A stretch of 64,000 nucleotides of DNA from Bacteriovoracia bacterium. GTDB lineage: Bacteria > Bdellovibrionota > UBA1018 > JBFWNL01. Each line of letters starts with the position of its first letter. Position 1 is the first letter of the stretch. The stretch covers positions 299,240-363,239 of the forward strand of contig JBFWNL010000004.1 of assembly GCA_050251055.1 (NCBI GenBank), in the 5' to 3' direction. A model generated the notes under the pieces. It was not told where the DNA came from. It saw only the letters and a program-made list of their open reading frames with translations, and made no database searches. The translations under genes were made by a program, and so were the position numbers. Of this stretch, positions 33,026 to 44,196 are shown one piece after another.

Positions 33026-34933
33026 ATGAGTTCCTTCGACGTCATTATAATAGGCGGAGGCCACGCGGGCTGCGAGGCCGCGCATGCTTCCGTGCGCATG
33101 GGATGCTCCACGGCGATGGTGACGCTCGATCCGAAGCGCGTGGGCGTGATGTCGTGCAACCCCGCGATGGGTGGCCTGGCCAAGGGTCAGCTCGTGAAAG
33201 AGATTGATGCGCTTGGCGGGATCATGGGTCGCCAGACGGATCAAACCGCGATTCAGTATCGGCGCCTCAATTCGAGCAAAGGTCCCGCAGTGCGCTCGTC
33301 GCGCGCTCAGTGCGATAAGCCTCTCTATGCTAAAAAAATGCAGGAATTTCTTGGGAATTTAGCGGGTCTTTCGATCGTGGCCGGCGAAGCAACCGAGTTA
33401 ATGTTCGAAGGCGCGGGAAGTTCGCGGCAGATCGCGGGTGTGCGCTTGAAAGACGGAAGCCTGCTTCGCGCACGCGCGGTCGTGATCACTTCCGGAACTT
33501 TTCTTTCGGCGATCATGCACACGGGAGAAGAAAAAGCGAAGGGCGGAAGGTTGGGGGACGCGGCTGCTTATGGGCTCAGCACCACCCTCTCTCAATTGGG
33601 CTTTCGGTTGCGCCGCCTGAAAACGGGTACTCCCCCGAGGCTTCACAAAGACAGTATCGATTTTTCGAAAACCGAACCCCAGGCCGGGGACACGGTTCCG
33701 GTCCCCTTTTCCTTTTACCAGAAGCTCAATCCCTTCCCTTCTCTAACTCAAGTAAATTGCTTTATCACCTACACCAACCAACAAACACATGATATTATTG
33801 AGAAAAATATTCATAAATCCCCCATGTTCACCGGGGCGATTACCGGTGTGGGTCCACGCTACTGCCCCTCGATTGAAGATAAAGTAAATCGATTTAGTGA
33901 TAAAGACCGCCACCAGATCTTTCTCGAGCCCGAGGGGCTGGAGGTCAATGAGATCTATGTGAATGGGATTTCCACGAGTCTTCCCAAAGACACCCAAGAA
34001 AAATTCTTACGCACCATCCCAGGACTCGAACAAGCTCAGTTCCTGAAGTACGGGTACGCCGTCGAATATGACGCGATTGATGCGCGTCAGCTCCAGGCGA
34101 CCCTCGAATCAAAAGAACATCGGGGCCTTTTCTTGGCCGGCCAAGTCAACGGAACTTCCGGTTATGAAGAAGCCGGGGCGCAGGGTCTCATCGCCGGGAT
34201 CAACGCCGCGCTTCTGGTTAAAGAGAAAGACCCTTTCGTCTTGTCGAGACTGGATGCCTACATCGGAGTGATGATCGACGATTTGATCTTGAAGGGCTCG
34301 GACGAGCCCTACCGGATGTTCACGTCGCGCGCCGAGTATCGCCTGCTTTTGCGCGAAGACAACGCGGACATGCGTCTAAGCCCGAAGGGTCACGCCGTGG
34401 GTTTACTGAGCGATGCAGATTTTCGTGTTTTTAGCGAGAAAAAGGCCCAAATTGAGCGATTGCATGGACAGATGAAAGAAAATTTCGTCTTTCCAACGGC
34501 GGAAACCAACGAAAAGCTCAAAACGTGGGAGATTCGCGAGCTCAAAGACCGCGTTTCTTTCGAGCAAATGCTGAAACGTCCGGAAATGAACTGGGATCGG
34601 CTGACCGCCCTCGGATCGAGCTGGGCGAACGCTTACGATCCGGTGGTTTTGGAGCAGGTGGAGATTCAGCTTCGATACGAAGGCTACATTCAACGCGATC
34701 TGGATCTATTGAACGGAGTTCGTAAGAACGAAGAACTTCGCATTCCGAAGGCACTCGATTTTGCCGAGGTGGCTGGCCTTTCGAATGAAATCAAAGCGCG
34801 GTTGGAGCAAGTCAGGCCGGAAACCATCGGGCAGATGTCACGAATCCAGGGCATTACCCCCGCGGCCGTGGCAAATTTAATGATTTTTCTCAAAATCCGC
34901 GAAAAACCACCCCGTTTTGAGGCTTCTCCGTGA
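33026..34933 (+). CDS. mnmG: tRNA U34 modification enzyme MnmG (GidA)
   Basis: [48 protein letters not shown]. Confidence 0.98.
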   Translation: MSSFDVIIIGGGHAGCEAAHASVRMGCSTAMVTLDPKRVGVMSCNPAMGGLAKGQLVKEIDALGGIMGRQTDQTAIQYRRLNSSKGPAVRSSRAQCDKPLYAKKMQEFLGNLAGLSIVAGEATELMFEGAGSSRQIAGVRLKDGSLLRARAVVITSGTFLSAIMHTGEEKAKGGRLGDAAAYGLSTTLSQLGFRLRRLKTGTPPRLHKDSIDFSKTEPQAGDTVPVPFSFYQKLNPFPSLTQVNCFITYTNQQTHDIIEKNIHKSPMFTGAITGVGPRYCPSIEDKVNRFSDKDRHQIFLEPEGLEVNEIYVNGISTSLPKDTQEKFLRTIPGLEQAQFLKYGYAVEYDAIDARQLQATLESKEHRGLFLAGQVNGTSGYEEAGAQGLIAGINAALLVKEKDPFVLSRLDAYIGVMIDDLILKGSDEPYRMFTSRAEYRLLLREDNADMRLSPKGHAVGLLSDADFRVFSEKKAQIERLHGQMKENFVFPTAETNEKLKTWEIRELKDRVSFEQMLKRPEMNWDRLTALGSSWANAYDPVVLEQVEIQLRYEGYIQRDLDLLNGVRKNEELRIPKALDFAEVAGLSNEIKARLEQVRPETIGQMSRIQGITPAAVANLMIFLKIREKPPRFEASP

Positions 34934-35607
34934 GTCCATCGGATTCCGGCGCCCTTTTCCAGGGTCTATTAGAGAAGAAATGGCCGGACTTAACCCCCAT
35001 TCAGGTGCAGAAGCTCGTCCAGTTCCGCGAATTGGTTCTCAAAGGAAACGAGACTCAGAATCTGACCCGGATTGTAGAACCGATTCCATTTATTGAAGAT
35101 CACCTTCTGGATGTCGTGGAATGGTTTAAAACGGACCTCAATCCCGGAAAATACGTCGATTTAGGGTCCGGCGCGGGCATTCCAGGCATCGTCGGGGGGA
35201 TTTTACGTCCGGATCCCTGGGTTTTAACCGAATCTGAGGGCAAGAAAGCAAACTTCCTTGCCGCTACGACCGAGGAGTTAGGCCTTACAAACGTCCAAGT
35301 CTTCCCTGGTAGAGCGGAAGTCTTCCTGAAAACGGCCCCTTTTAACGATTATACAGTGGTTTCGCGGGCGGTAGGCTCGGTTTCAAAGATATTTGGGTGG
35401 ATTTCGGGGTGTTCCACGTGGAACATGCTGGTTTTGTTCAAAGGGCCGAAATGGGACGAAGAGTGGATGGAGTTTCAAAAAGATCCGGCCAGAAAACGCG
35501 GTAAGACTACTCTCAAGCTGATGAGTATCCATAAATACGAAGTGGGTGAGCTAGTACGGCAGAGAAAGATTATCCATCTGCAGAATGTTCCACGTGGAAC
35601 AGAGTAG
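34930..35607 (+). CDS. rsmG: 16S rRNA m7G527 methyltransferase (GidB)
   Basis: [23 protein letters not shown]; GTGA overlap with mnmG. Confidence 0.93.
   Translation: MSPSDSGALFQGLLEKKWPDLTPIQVQKLVQFRELVLKGNETQNLTRIVEPIPFIEDHLLDVVEWFKTDLNPGKYVDLGSGAGIPGIVGGILRPDPWVLTESEGKKANFLAATTEELGLTNVQVFPGRAEVFLKTAPFNDYTVVSRAVGSVSKIFGWISGCSTWNMLVLFKGPKWDEEWMEFQKDPARKRGKTTLKLMSIHKYEVGELVRQRKIIHLQNVPRGTE
35410..35425. promoter_or_regulatory. parS: parS site 1, inside rsmG
   Basis: Perfect palindrome TGTTCCACGTGGAACA. Confidence 0.9.
35586..35601. promoter_or_regulatory. parS: parS site 2, inside the rsmG 3' end
   Basis: Identical palindrome TGTTCCACGTGGAACA. Confidence 0.9.
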
Positions 35608-35640
35608 TCGTAAATACCCACTAGGTATTCATAGGTAACC

Positions 35641-35910
35641 ACGCGCTGCGAAAATCAAAAGCGTCAAATTTTCGACTCTCAAGTCCTTGATATCATGTGA
35701 ACCTGCTCAAAACAAAACTGGATAAGCAACGCAGTTTGTCTTGAGATTCCGCTTGATTGAAATGAGGTTCATGAGTAGCCTAAATTTGTAGTCGCGTAGG
35801 GCGGCGCAAAGTTTCAGATACCCACGCCCAACCACACACAGGATTTGAGGTTTCAAGTACTCTCCCGGAAGTTTCGGGGGAGTACTCGAGACTAACCAAA
35901 AATCAAATCC
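35641..35910 (+). ncRNA. Candidate structured RNA or leader upstream of parA
   Basis: Nested complementary segments read by eye, with G-U-type pairs favouring the + strand. No family recognised. Confidence 0.35.
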
Positions 35911-35930
35911 CGCTAGAAGGAATTCAATTC

Positions 35931-36755
35931 ATGGGAAAAGTGATTGCTGTCACGAACCAGAAGGGCGGAGTTGGAAAAACGACCACGACCACCAATCTGG
36001 CGGCATGTCTTGCGGTCGCCGAAAGAAAAACCCTCGTGATTGATTTCGATCCGCAAGGAAATGCTTCCTCCGCGCTCGGAGTGAAACCCATCGAAGGAAA
36101 AACAATTTACCACGCGCTTATCGGAGAAATTCCGATGAAAGACGCGATTCAGTCGACGGAGATTGACCAGCTTTTCGTCGCTACCGCCGACAATAATCTC
36201 ACCGGCGCGGAGATCGAACTCGTCGGCGCGTTCGCGCGCGAGTCGAAACTTAAAGCCGCAATCGCGCAGATCAAAGATCAATTCGATTTCATCTTGATCG
36301 ATTCACCGCCGTCGCTCGGTTTGCTCACCGTGAACTCGCTTACGGCGGCGGACAGCTACCTGGTTCCGCTGCAGACGGAATACTTCGCGCTCGAAGGACT
36401 CAGTCAGCTCATTAATACGGTGGGACTCATCAGTCAGAGCGTGAATCCCGGCATCCAACAAGAAGGCATTGTCCTGACGATGTACGACGGACGCAACAAG
36501 CTCGCGCAAGAAGTGGAAACGGAAGTGCGAGCGCATTTCGGCGAGCAGGTTTATCAGACGGTGATTCCGCGCAACGTTCGCTTGAGCGAATGCTCAAGCT
36601 TCGGCAAGCCGATTTTGCTCTACGACATCAACTCGAAGGGCTGCTCGGCCTATCTCAATCTCGCTAAAGAGTTATTAAATAAGAATCGGCCGAAGATCGC
36701 GCCGCCGCCGTTCGTGGTGGAAGCGCCAAATCACGAAGCCCAGCAAATCAGCTAA
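35931..36755 (+). CDS. parA: Chromosome partitioning ATPase ParA/Soj
   Basis: NQKGGVGKTTT, DPQGNA, IDSPPSLG, IPRNVRLSE. Confidence 0.97.
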   Translation: MGKVIAVTNQKGGVGKTTTTTNLAACLAVAERKTLVIDFDPQGNASSALGVKPIEGKTIYHALIGEIPMKDAIQSTEIDQLFVATADNNLTGAEIELVGAFARESKLKAAIAQIKDQFDFILIDSPPSLGLLTVNSLTAADSYLVPLQTEYFALEGLSQLINTVGLISQSVNPGIQQEGIVLTMYDGRNKLAQEVETEVRAHFGEQVYQTVIPRNVRLSECSSFGKPILLYDINSKGCSAYLNLAKELLNKNRPKIAPPPFVVEAPNHEAQQIS

Positions 36756-36767
36756 GGAGTACACGGA

Positions 36768-37781
36768 GTGGAACGGAAGTCGGTTTTGGGGAAGGGACTA
36801 GCATCATTACTACCTGGGGCAGCCACGAGTACGCAGGTACCTAGCGCACCGTCGAACGCCACCGGCACGGGGCCTTCGAATGCGGCGACGACAGGAACCG
36901 GGGCCACCGCCGCGGGCGCGCCGAATGTTGTTTTGCCGGAACCCGTGAATAGCGAACGTCAGATGGGGATCAGCATGATCGCCACCGACGACATTAAAGT
37001 GAATAACTACCAACCCCGCCGCGACTTCGACACCGCTGCGCTCAATGAGCTCGCGCAGTCGATCAAAGTGAATGGCATCATCCAGCCGCTCGTGGTTCGT
37101 CGTACGGCGGAAGGTTATCAACTCATCGCCGGTGAGCGCCGCCTGCGCGCGTCCAAGCTCGCGGGCCTCAAGCAAGTGCCGATTGTGATCCGTAAGTCGA
37201 CGGATAAGGAAGCGTTGGAGCTGGCGCTTATTGAAAACATTCAGCGCCAAGACCTGAACTGTATCGATGAAGCGCTCGCGTACAACCAACTGCTCAACGA
37301 GTTCAAGCTCACGCAAGAAGAAGTCGCGCAGCGGGTAGGAAAGGAGCGCGCGACGGTCGCGAACTCCTTGCGCCTGCTTCGCTTGCCCGAGCAGATCATC
37401 GAAGACCTCAAGAAGGGAACTCTATCGCTGGGTCACGGTAAGGCGCTGCTTTCGGTGGAAGATAACTCCATCCGCATGGAGATCCGCAATCAGATCATCG
37501 AGCGCGGCCTCAGTGTCCGCGACGTCGAGTCTCTCGCCCAGATGATGAAGGCGAAGGTGGACGCGACCCCTGAAGATGTGAAGGCCGCTCCGGTAGTGCA
37601 AAAGGCCGAGCCCGGCACGGCAGCGGGCCGCTTTCAGCAGCTATCGCTCGACATGACCCGCAACTGGAATACCCGAGTAGAAGTTAAGGGTACTGGCCGT
37701 CGCGGAAAAATCGTCTTTCACTATCGAACCCGGGAAGATCTTGATCGCCTGCTCGAGGCGTTGCAAAATCAACCGGTATGA
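36768..37781 (+). CDS. parB: Chromosome partitioning protein ParB/Spo0J
   Basis: LGKGL peptide, QPR, AGERRLRA, IENIQR, HTH. Confidence 0.97.
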   Translation: MERKSVLGKGLASLLPGAATSTQVPSAPSNATGTGPSNAATTGTGATAAGAPNVVLPEPVNSERQMGISMIATDDIKVNNYQPRRDFDTAALNELAQSIKVNGIIQPLVVRRTAEGYQLIAGERRLRASKLAGLKQVPIVIRKSTDKEALELALIENIQRQDLNCIDEALAYNQLLNEFKLTQEEVAQRVGKERATVANSLRLLRLPEQIIEDLKKGTLSLGHGKALLSVEDNSIRMEIRNQIIERGLSVRDVESLAQMMKAKVDATPEDVKAAPVVQKAEPGTAAGRFQQLSLDMTRNWNTRVEVKGTGRRGKIVFHYRTREDLDRLLEALQNQPV

Positions 37782-38161
37782 CTCAATCGACTGACTTGAG
37801 TGTCCCCGTTACCAGCTACTCGGTAACCGGGGTAATTGATCATGGCTGTGAATTCGAGGGAAAGCTTTGCTTTCAAGGCACCGTTCGGATTAACGGGGTC
37901 TTCAAGGGTGAAATCTATACCCCGGATACCTTGGTCATCGGCGAAGATGCCCGGGTGAATGCCGATATCGAAGCCGGCGTGGTCATCATTAGCGGCGAGG
38001 TGAGCGGAAATGTTCGCGCTAAGCACCGGGTTGAAATTCATAAACCGGCGGTGTTTCGGGGCGACGTGCTGACCCCAAGTCTGAGCGTCGACGAAGGCGT
38101 GATCTTCGAAGGCAGCAGCAAGATGGTGCATAGCACTCCGAACCCAAGCGGGCGCGCCTAA
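37778..38161 (+). CDS. Bactofilin (polymer-forming cytoskeletal protein)
   Basis: Beta-helix pattern FEGKLCFQGTVRING...ISGEVSGNV...VDEGVIFEG. Confidence 0.92.
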   Translation: MTQSTDLSVPVTSYSVTGVIDHGCEFEGKLCFQGTVRINGVFKGEIYTPDTLVIGEDARVNADIEAGVVIISGEVSGNVRAKHRVEIHKPAVFRGDVLTPSLSVDEGVIFEGSSKMVHSTPNPSGRA

Positions 38162-38233
38162 AAATCCCGATAGGAACGCGTTAAAACGCCGTTGACCTCG
38201 CTTCAGGGGGGTGCTAGCAACCGTAGCAACCCT

Positions 38234-38668
38234 ATGCAAATCCTTGAACTGCTTGGACTCAACGCTACTTATTTCGTTCAGCTGGGTCTTTTCGTCGTCA
38301 TCTTTGCGATCCTCTCGCAGGTCTACTTCAAACCCTTCATGAAGCTCTTTGAAGCGCGCCATAAGCGCACGGTCGAAGACCGCGAAGCCGCCGAAAAACT
38401 ACTCGTCCAGGCCCAGGAAAAGATGCAGGCCTACGAACGTTCGCTCGCCGATGCGAAGGCCGAAGCGCGCAAACAGTACGAAGCCGTTGTCACGCAAGCG
38501 CGTCAGGAGGAGTCTTCCATTTACGCGCAAGCGCGCGATGAAGTGAAGAAAATCACCCAGGAAACGAACGCTGAGCTCGCCAAGCAGCGAGATCAACTGA
38601 AGACGGATTTGGAAACCCAGGTCACGCAGTTCGCGACCCAGGTCTCGGAAAGGCTGCTGAGCAAGTGA
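38234..38668 (+). CDS. ATP synthase F0 subunit b'
   Basis: N-terminal TM, YFKP, coiled coil; first gene of the atp cluster. Confidence 0.88.
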   Translation: MQILELLGLNATYFVQLGLFVVIFAILSQVYFKPFMKLFEARHKRTVEDREAAEKLLVQAQEKMQAYERSLADAKAEARKQYEAVVTQARQEESSIYAQARDEVKKITQETNAELAKQRDQLKTDLETQVTQFATQVSERLLSK

Positions 38669-39150
38669 CGTCGCACGTAACTTCATTGATTCTCCCGTTC
38701 ATCAACCTCTCGTTACTCGTTGCGATTATTTTGTATTTCACGCGCGGGCATCTCAAGACGTTCGTAAAAAATCGCCATGAGACGCTGCGCGAAGAAATCC
38801 AGACCGTGCGCGAACAGCTCAAGGCCGCGACCGAACGCTACGAGCAGTTCTCCGCGAAGCTCAAAGCCGTGGAGGCCGAAGTGAGCAGCCTCACCACGCA
38901 GATGGCGCGCGACGCGCAGGACATGAAGGCGCGCATTGTGACGCACGCCAAGCAAAGCTCCAGCCAGATGGTGGCGGACGCCCGCGGCGCCGCGCGCGGT
39001 GGCCTCGAGGGTTTGAAGCAAGAAGTTCGTTCCGAGTTTGGCTGGCGCGTGATCAGTAAGGCTGAGGAAATCCTCACCAAAAAACTAACGGGTGACGACC
39101 GCGCCCGCATCCGTAAAGAATTCTCGAGCCAGATGGAGCAGATGCGATGA
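38665..39150 (+). CDS. atpF: ATP synthase F0 subunit b
   Basis: FINLSLL TM plus coiled coil; synteny. Confidence 0.88.
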   Translation: MTSHVTSLILPFINLSLLVAIILYFTRGHLKTFVKNRHETLREEIQTVREQLKAATERYEQFSAKLKAVEAEVSSLTTQMARDAQDMKARIVTHAKQSSSQMVADARGAARGGLEGLKQEVRSEFGWRVISKAEEILTKKLTGDDRARIRKEFSSQMEQMR

Positions 39151-39701
39151 GTGTCGCGACGATTTACGCCAAGGCGCTGTACCAAACGCAACGCGAACGT
39201 GGCGGCGCGGACTTCCCGAAGATCCAGGGCTCGATCGACGAGCTGGTGAAGACGCTCGAAGGCTCGCGCGAGCTGCGCAATGCCCTGTTTAGCCCCGCGA
39301 CCTCCTCGAAGGAAAAGATCGCGCTCATCGACGCTATCGGCAAAAAGGGCGGCTATTCGCCCGTGCTCACCCAGTTTTTGATTTTGCTCGCCCGCAAGGG
39401 CCGTACGGCACTGCTCCCGCAGATCGCGGAAGCGCTCGACGAAGTTCGCCTCGAGATGGAGGGCGGCATGCTCGGTCACGTCGTTTCGGCCGACCCCCTC
39501 GACCCCAAGGAGCTCGAAGGCCTGGCGAAAGCGTTTACCGGTAAGTTTGGCAAGAAGGTGGAGTTCCGGGTTTCCACGGACCCCAAGCTGCTCGCGGGCT
39601 TGAAGGTTTCCGTGAACGGCGTCACCTACGACGGCAGCCTGCGCGCGCAACTGGAGAAGCTGAAAGACCAGTTCGTGCACGGGAACAACCTAAGTAATTA
39701 A
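39147..39701 (+). CDS. atpH: ATP synthase delta subunit
   Basis: YAKAL, DPKLLAG, DGSLRAQL. Confidence 0.93.
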   Translation: MSVATIYAKALYQTQRERGGADFPKIQGSIDELVKTLEGSRELRNALFSPATSSKEKIALIDAIGKKGGYSPVLTQFLILLARKGRTALLPQIAEALDEVRLEMEGGMLGHVVSADPLDPKELEGLAKAFTGKFGKKVEFRVSTDPKLLAGLKVSVNGVTYDGSLRAQLEKLKDQFVHGNNLSN

Positions 39702-39732
39702 TTTTAGTAGTTTGAGTTAACGAGGAGCAAGC

Positions 39733-41241
39733 ATGCAAATACGCGCTGAAGAAATCACCCAGATCCTGAAATCGCAACTCGCGGATTTCGAAAAGAAGCT
39801 CGACGTCTCCGAAACCGGTACCGTCATCACCGTCGGCGACGGCGTGGCGAAAGTCTACGGCATGGAAAAGGCCATGGTCGGCGAGCTCGTCGACTTCGGT
39901 TCGAACGTGTACGGCATGGTGCTGAACTTGGAAGAAGAGTCCGTCGGTATCGCCGTGCTTGGTAACGACACCCTCATTAAAGAAGGCAGCTCGGTCAAGC
40001 GCACGGGCAAGATCGTGCAGGTTCCGGTCGGTCCCGAGCTCTGCGGCCGCGTCGTGAACGCGCTCGGCATGCCGATCGATGGTAAGGGCCCGTTGAAGTC
40101 CGTGGAATCCCGCCGCGTGGAAGTGAAAGCCCCCGGCATCGTGGATCGCCAATCGGTGAAGGAACCCCTTCAAACCGGCATCAAGGCGATCGACTCCATG
40201 ATTCCAATTGGCCGCGGTCAGCGCGAATTGATCATCGGCGACCGCCAAACCGGCAAGACCGCCGTCGCCCTCGACACCATCATTAACCAAAAAGGCAAAG
40301 GCGTTTATTGCATCTACGTCGCCATCGGTCAGAAGCAATCGACCGTCGCGCAGGTCGTGGAAAAGTTGAAGCAGGAAGGCGCGTTGGAACACACCATCGT
40401 CGTCTCCGCCGCCGCCGCCGACTACGCCCCACTTCAATTCTTGGCTCCGTACACCGGCGTCACGATGGGTGAGTGGTTCCGCGACAACGGCAAGCATGCG
40501 TTGATCGTGTACGACGATCTTACGAAGCAAGCGCAAGCTTACCGCCAGCTCTCGCTTCTGCTCCGCCGTCCTCCGGGCCGTGAAGCTTACCCGGGCGACG
40601 TGTTCTATCTCCATAGCCGCCTGCTCGAGCGCGCCGCTAAGGTTTCCGATAAGCTCGGTGGCGGATCGCTTACCGCGCTACCGATCATTGAAACGCAAGC
40701 CGGCGACGTGTCCGGCTACATTCCGACGAACGTGATTTCGATCACGGACGGCCAGATCTTCCTTGAATCCGACCTGTTCTTCTCGGGCGTGCGTCCTGCC
40801 GTGAACGTCGGTCTCTCGGTTTCCCGCGTCGGTGGTTCGGCGCAGATCAAGACCATGAAGCAGATCGCCGGTACGCTCCGCCTCGAGCTCGCGCAGTATC
40901 GTGAGAAGGCCGCGTTCGCTCAGTTCGGCTCGGATCTCGATGCCGCGACCCAAAAGCAGCTCGCGCGCGGCGCCCGCCTGGTGGAAATTCTCAAGCAGGG
41001 CCAGTACGTGCCGATGGCGGTGGAACGCCAGGTGCTCACGATTTACGCCGCCACTAACGGCTACATGGATTCCTATCCGACTGATCGCCTGAAGGCTTAT
41101 GAAGAGCAGCTGAACGCGTTCATGGATAAAAAGCACCCCGCTTTGCTTAAGGGTCTCACGACCGAAGGCAAGATCGCCGGTGATTTCAAGAAGAACTTGG
41201 ACGCAGCGCTCGGTGAATTCAAATCGGTGTTCACGGGTTAA
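39733..41241 (+). CDS. atpA: ATP synthase alpha subunit
   Basis: [29 protein letters not shown]. Confidence 0.98.
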   Translation: MQIRAEEITQILKSQLADFEKKLDVSETGTVITVGDGVAKVYGMEKAMVGELVDFGSNVYGMVLNLEEESVGIAVLGNDTLIKEGSSVKRTGKIVQVPVGPELCGRVVNALGMPIDGKGPLKSVESRRVEVKAPGIVDRQSVKEPLQTGIKAIDSMIPIGRGQRELIIGDRQTGKTAVALDTIINQKGKGVYCIYVAIGQKQSTVAQVVEKLKQEGALEHTIVVSAAAADYAPLQFLAPYTGVTMGEWFRDNGKHALIVYDDLTKQAQAYRQLSLLLRRPPGREAYPGDVFYLHSRLLERAAKVSDKLGGGSLTALPIIETQAGDVSGYIPTNVISITDGQIFLESDLFFSGVRPAVNVGLSVSRVGGSAQIKTMKQIAGTLRLELAQYREKAAFAQFGSDLDAATQKQLARGARLVEILKQGQYVPMAVERQVLTIYAATNGYMDSYPTDRLKAYEEQLNAFMDKKHPALLKGLTTEGKIAGDFKKNLDAALGEFKSVFTG

Positions 41242-41258
41242 GCTAGGTACGGAACCAA

Positions 41259-42164
41259 ATGCCAAGCATCAAAGAACTTAAAAAACGCATCGTCACGGTG
41301 AAGAACACCCAGCAGACGACCAAGGCCATGAAGATGGTCTCGGCCGCGAAGCTGCGCCGTGCCCAAGATGCGATCACCGCGCACCGGCCGTACGCGAAGA
41401 AGTTGGGCGAATTGATCCGCCTGGTTTCGTCGATGTCGGCCACGCAGTACAGCTCGCCCCTCATCGGCGGAACGAACACCGCCAAGGGCGGTAAAGTTCT
41501 GCTCGTGCTCGTGACTTCCGATCGCGGCCTCTGCGGCGCCTTCAACGGCAACGTTTTCAAGCGTGCGCAGGCCTGGGTCAACCAGAACAAGGCGAACTAC
41601 CAGGCGATCGATCTCGCCTTCGTGGGCCGCAAGAGCTTCGAGTTCTTCAAGAACCGCGGGTTGACGAAGGCGGACACCTTCTACGAAGAGTTCGGCCGCA
41701 AAGCCACGTTTGAGAGCGCGAAGAAAACGGCTAACTGGGCCATCGCCCAGTTCGAAGCGGGTAAGTACGATCGCGTGTACTTCATCTATAACGAGTTCAA
41801 GAACGCCATTTCCCAAGTTATCGTGGTGGAAAACTTCCTCCCGATCCAGCCGGAAACGGCGCAGGTGGAAGACTCGAAGTCGTCGAAAGCGGACGCGAAG
41901 GTCGACCTGTTCCTGGTGAAGCCCAGCACGAAGGAAGTGCTGGATCGTCTCTTGGCCAAGCACTTCGCCGTGCAAGCTTACCGCATCCTGCTCGAGTCGC
42001 AAGCCTCCGAGCACGGCGCGCGCATGTCGGCGATGGAAAACGCCACGAAGAACGCCGGCGACATGATGAAGGAACTGACGTTGAGCTACAACAAGCAACG
42101 CCAAGCCGGCATCACGAAAGAACTCTTGGAAATCATCTCGGGCAGCGAGTCCCAAAAAGGTTAA
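41259..42164 (+). CDS. atpG: ATP synthase gamma subunit
   Basis: TKAMKMVSAAKL, SDRGLCG, RQAGITKELLEI. Confidence 0.98.
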   Translation: MPSIKELKKRIVTVKNTQQTTKAMKMVSAAKLRRAQDAITAHRPYAKKLGELIRLVSSMSATQYSSPLIGGTNTAKGGKVLLVLVTSDRGLCGAFNGNVFKRAQAWVNQNKANYQAIDLAFVGRKSFEFFKNRGLTKADTFYEEFGRKATFESAKKTANWAIAQFEAGKYDRVYFIYNEFKNAISQVIVVENFLPIQPETAQVEDSKSSKADAKVDLFLVKPSTKEVLDRLLAKHFAVQAYRILLESQASEHGARMSAMENATKNAGDMMKELTLSYNKQRQAGITKELLEIISGSESQKG

Positions 42165-42169
42165 GGTAA

Positions 42170-43606
<1,437 letters not shown>

Positions 43607-43611
43607 AGTTT

Positions 43612-43660
43612 GCCGCCGGATCCCCAACCGCCTTACGCGGGGGGATCCGGCTTGGCTTTT
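43612..43660 (+). terminator. Terminator-like hairpin between atpD and atpC
   Basis: GCCGGATCCCC 43615-25 pairs with GGGGATCCGGC 43641-51, followed by TTGGCTTTT. Confidence 0.6.
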
Positions 43661-43672
43661 AGGAGATCACTC

Positions 43673-44101
43673 GTGTCGGAAGGTACGTTAAAACTCAGCA
43701 TTCTTTCTCCCGAGCGGAAGCTTCTGACGGAAGTTCCCGTGAAGGAAGTCACCCTGACGGGCAGCGAAGGCCAGATCGAGATCTTGCCGGGCCACGCCCC
43801 CATGGTGGGCACGTTCGAAACCGGGCTCTTCAAAAGCACCGGCGCCGACGGCACAGGCAAAGAAGAGTTGGGCTTTATCTCGACCGGTTTCTTCGAAGTG
43901 CAGGACGACAAGGTCACCGTACTTGCCGAAGTGCTTGAGCGCAGCCAGGAGATTGACGTTGAGCGCGCCAAGCGCGCCCAGAAAAAGGCGGAAGACAAGC
44001 TGCGTGATACCAGCCTGGAAATGCAAGAGTTCAAGAAATACCAGCTGAAGCTGCAGCGCTCCTTGATTCGCCAGCAGGTCGCGGGGCGCACGCTGCACTA
44101 G
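43673..44101 (+). CDS. atpC: ATP synthase epsilon subunit
   Basis: ILSPE, ILPGHAP, GFFEV, IDVERA. GTG 43673 follows AGGAG. Confidence 0.95.
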   Translation: MSEGTLKLSILSPERKLLTEVPVKEVTLTGSEGQIEILPGHAPMVGTFETGLFKSTGADGTGKEELGFISTGFFEVQDDKVTVLAEVLERSQEIDVERAKRAQKKAEDKLRDTSLEMQEFKKYQLKLQRSLIRQQVAGRTLH

Positions 44102-44196
44102 GCGCGATTTCCCAAAATTAAGAAATACTTAGTCTGCTATTGCGGTAAATTTTTCCCATTTTCACGCGTCCGCGTTTTGTTATCCTTTTAGTAGAC

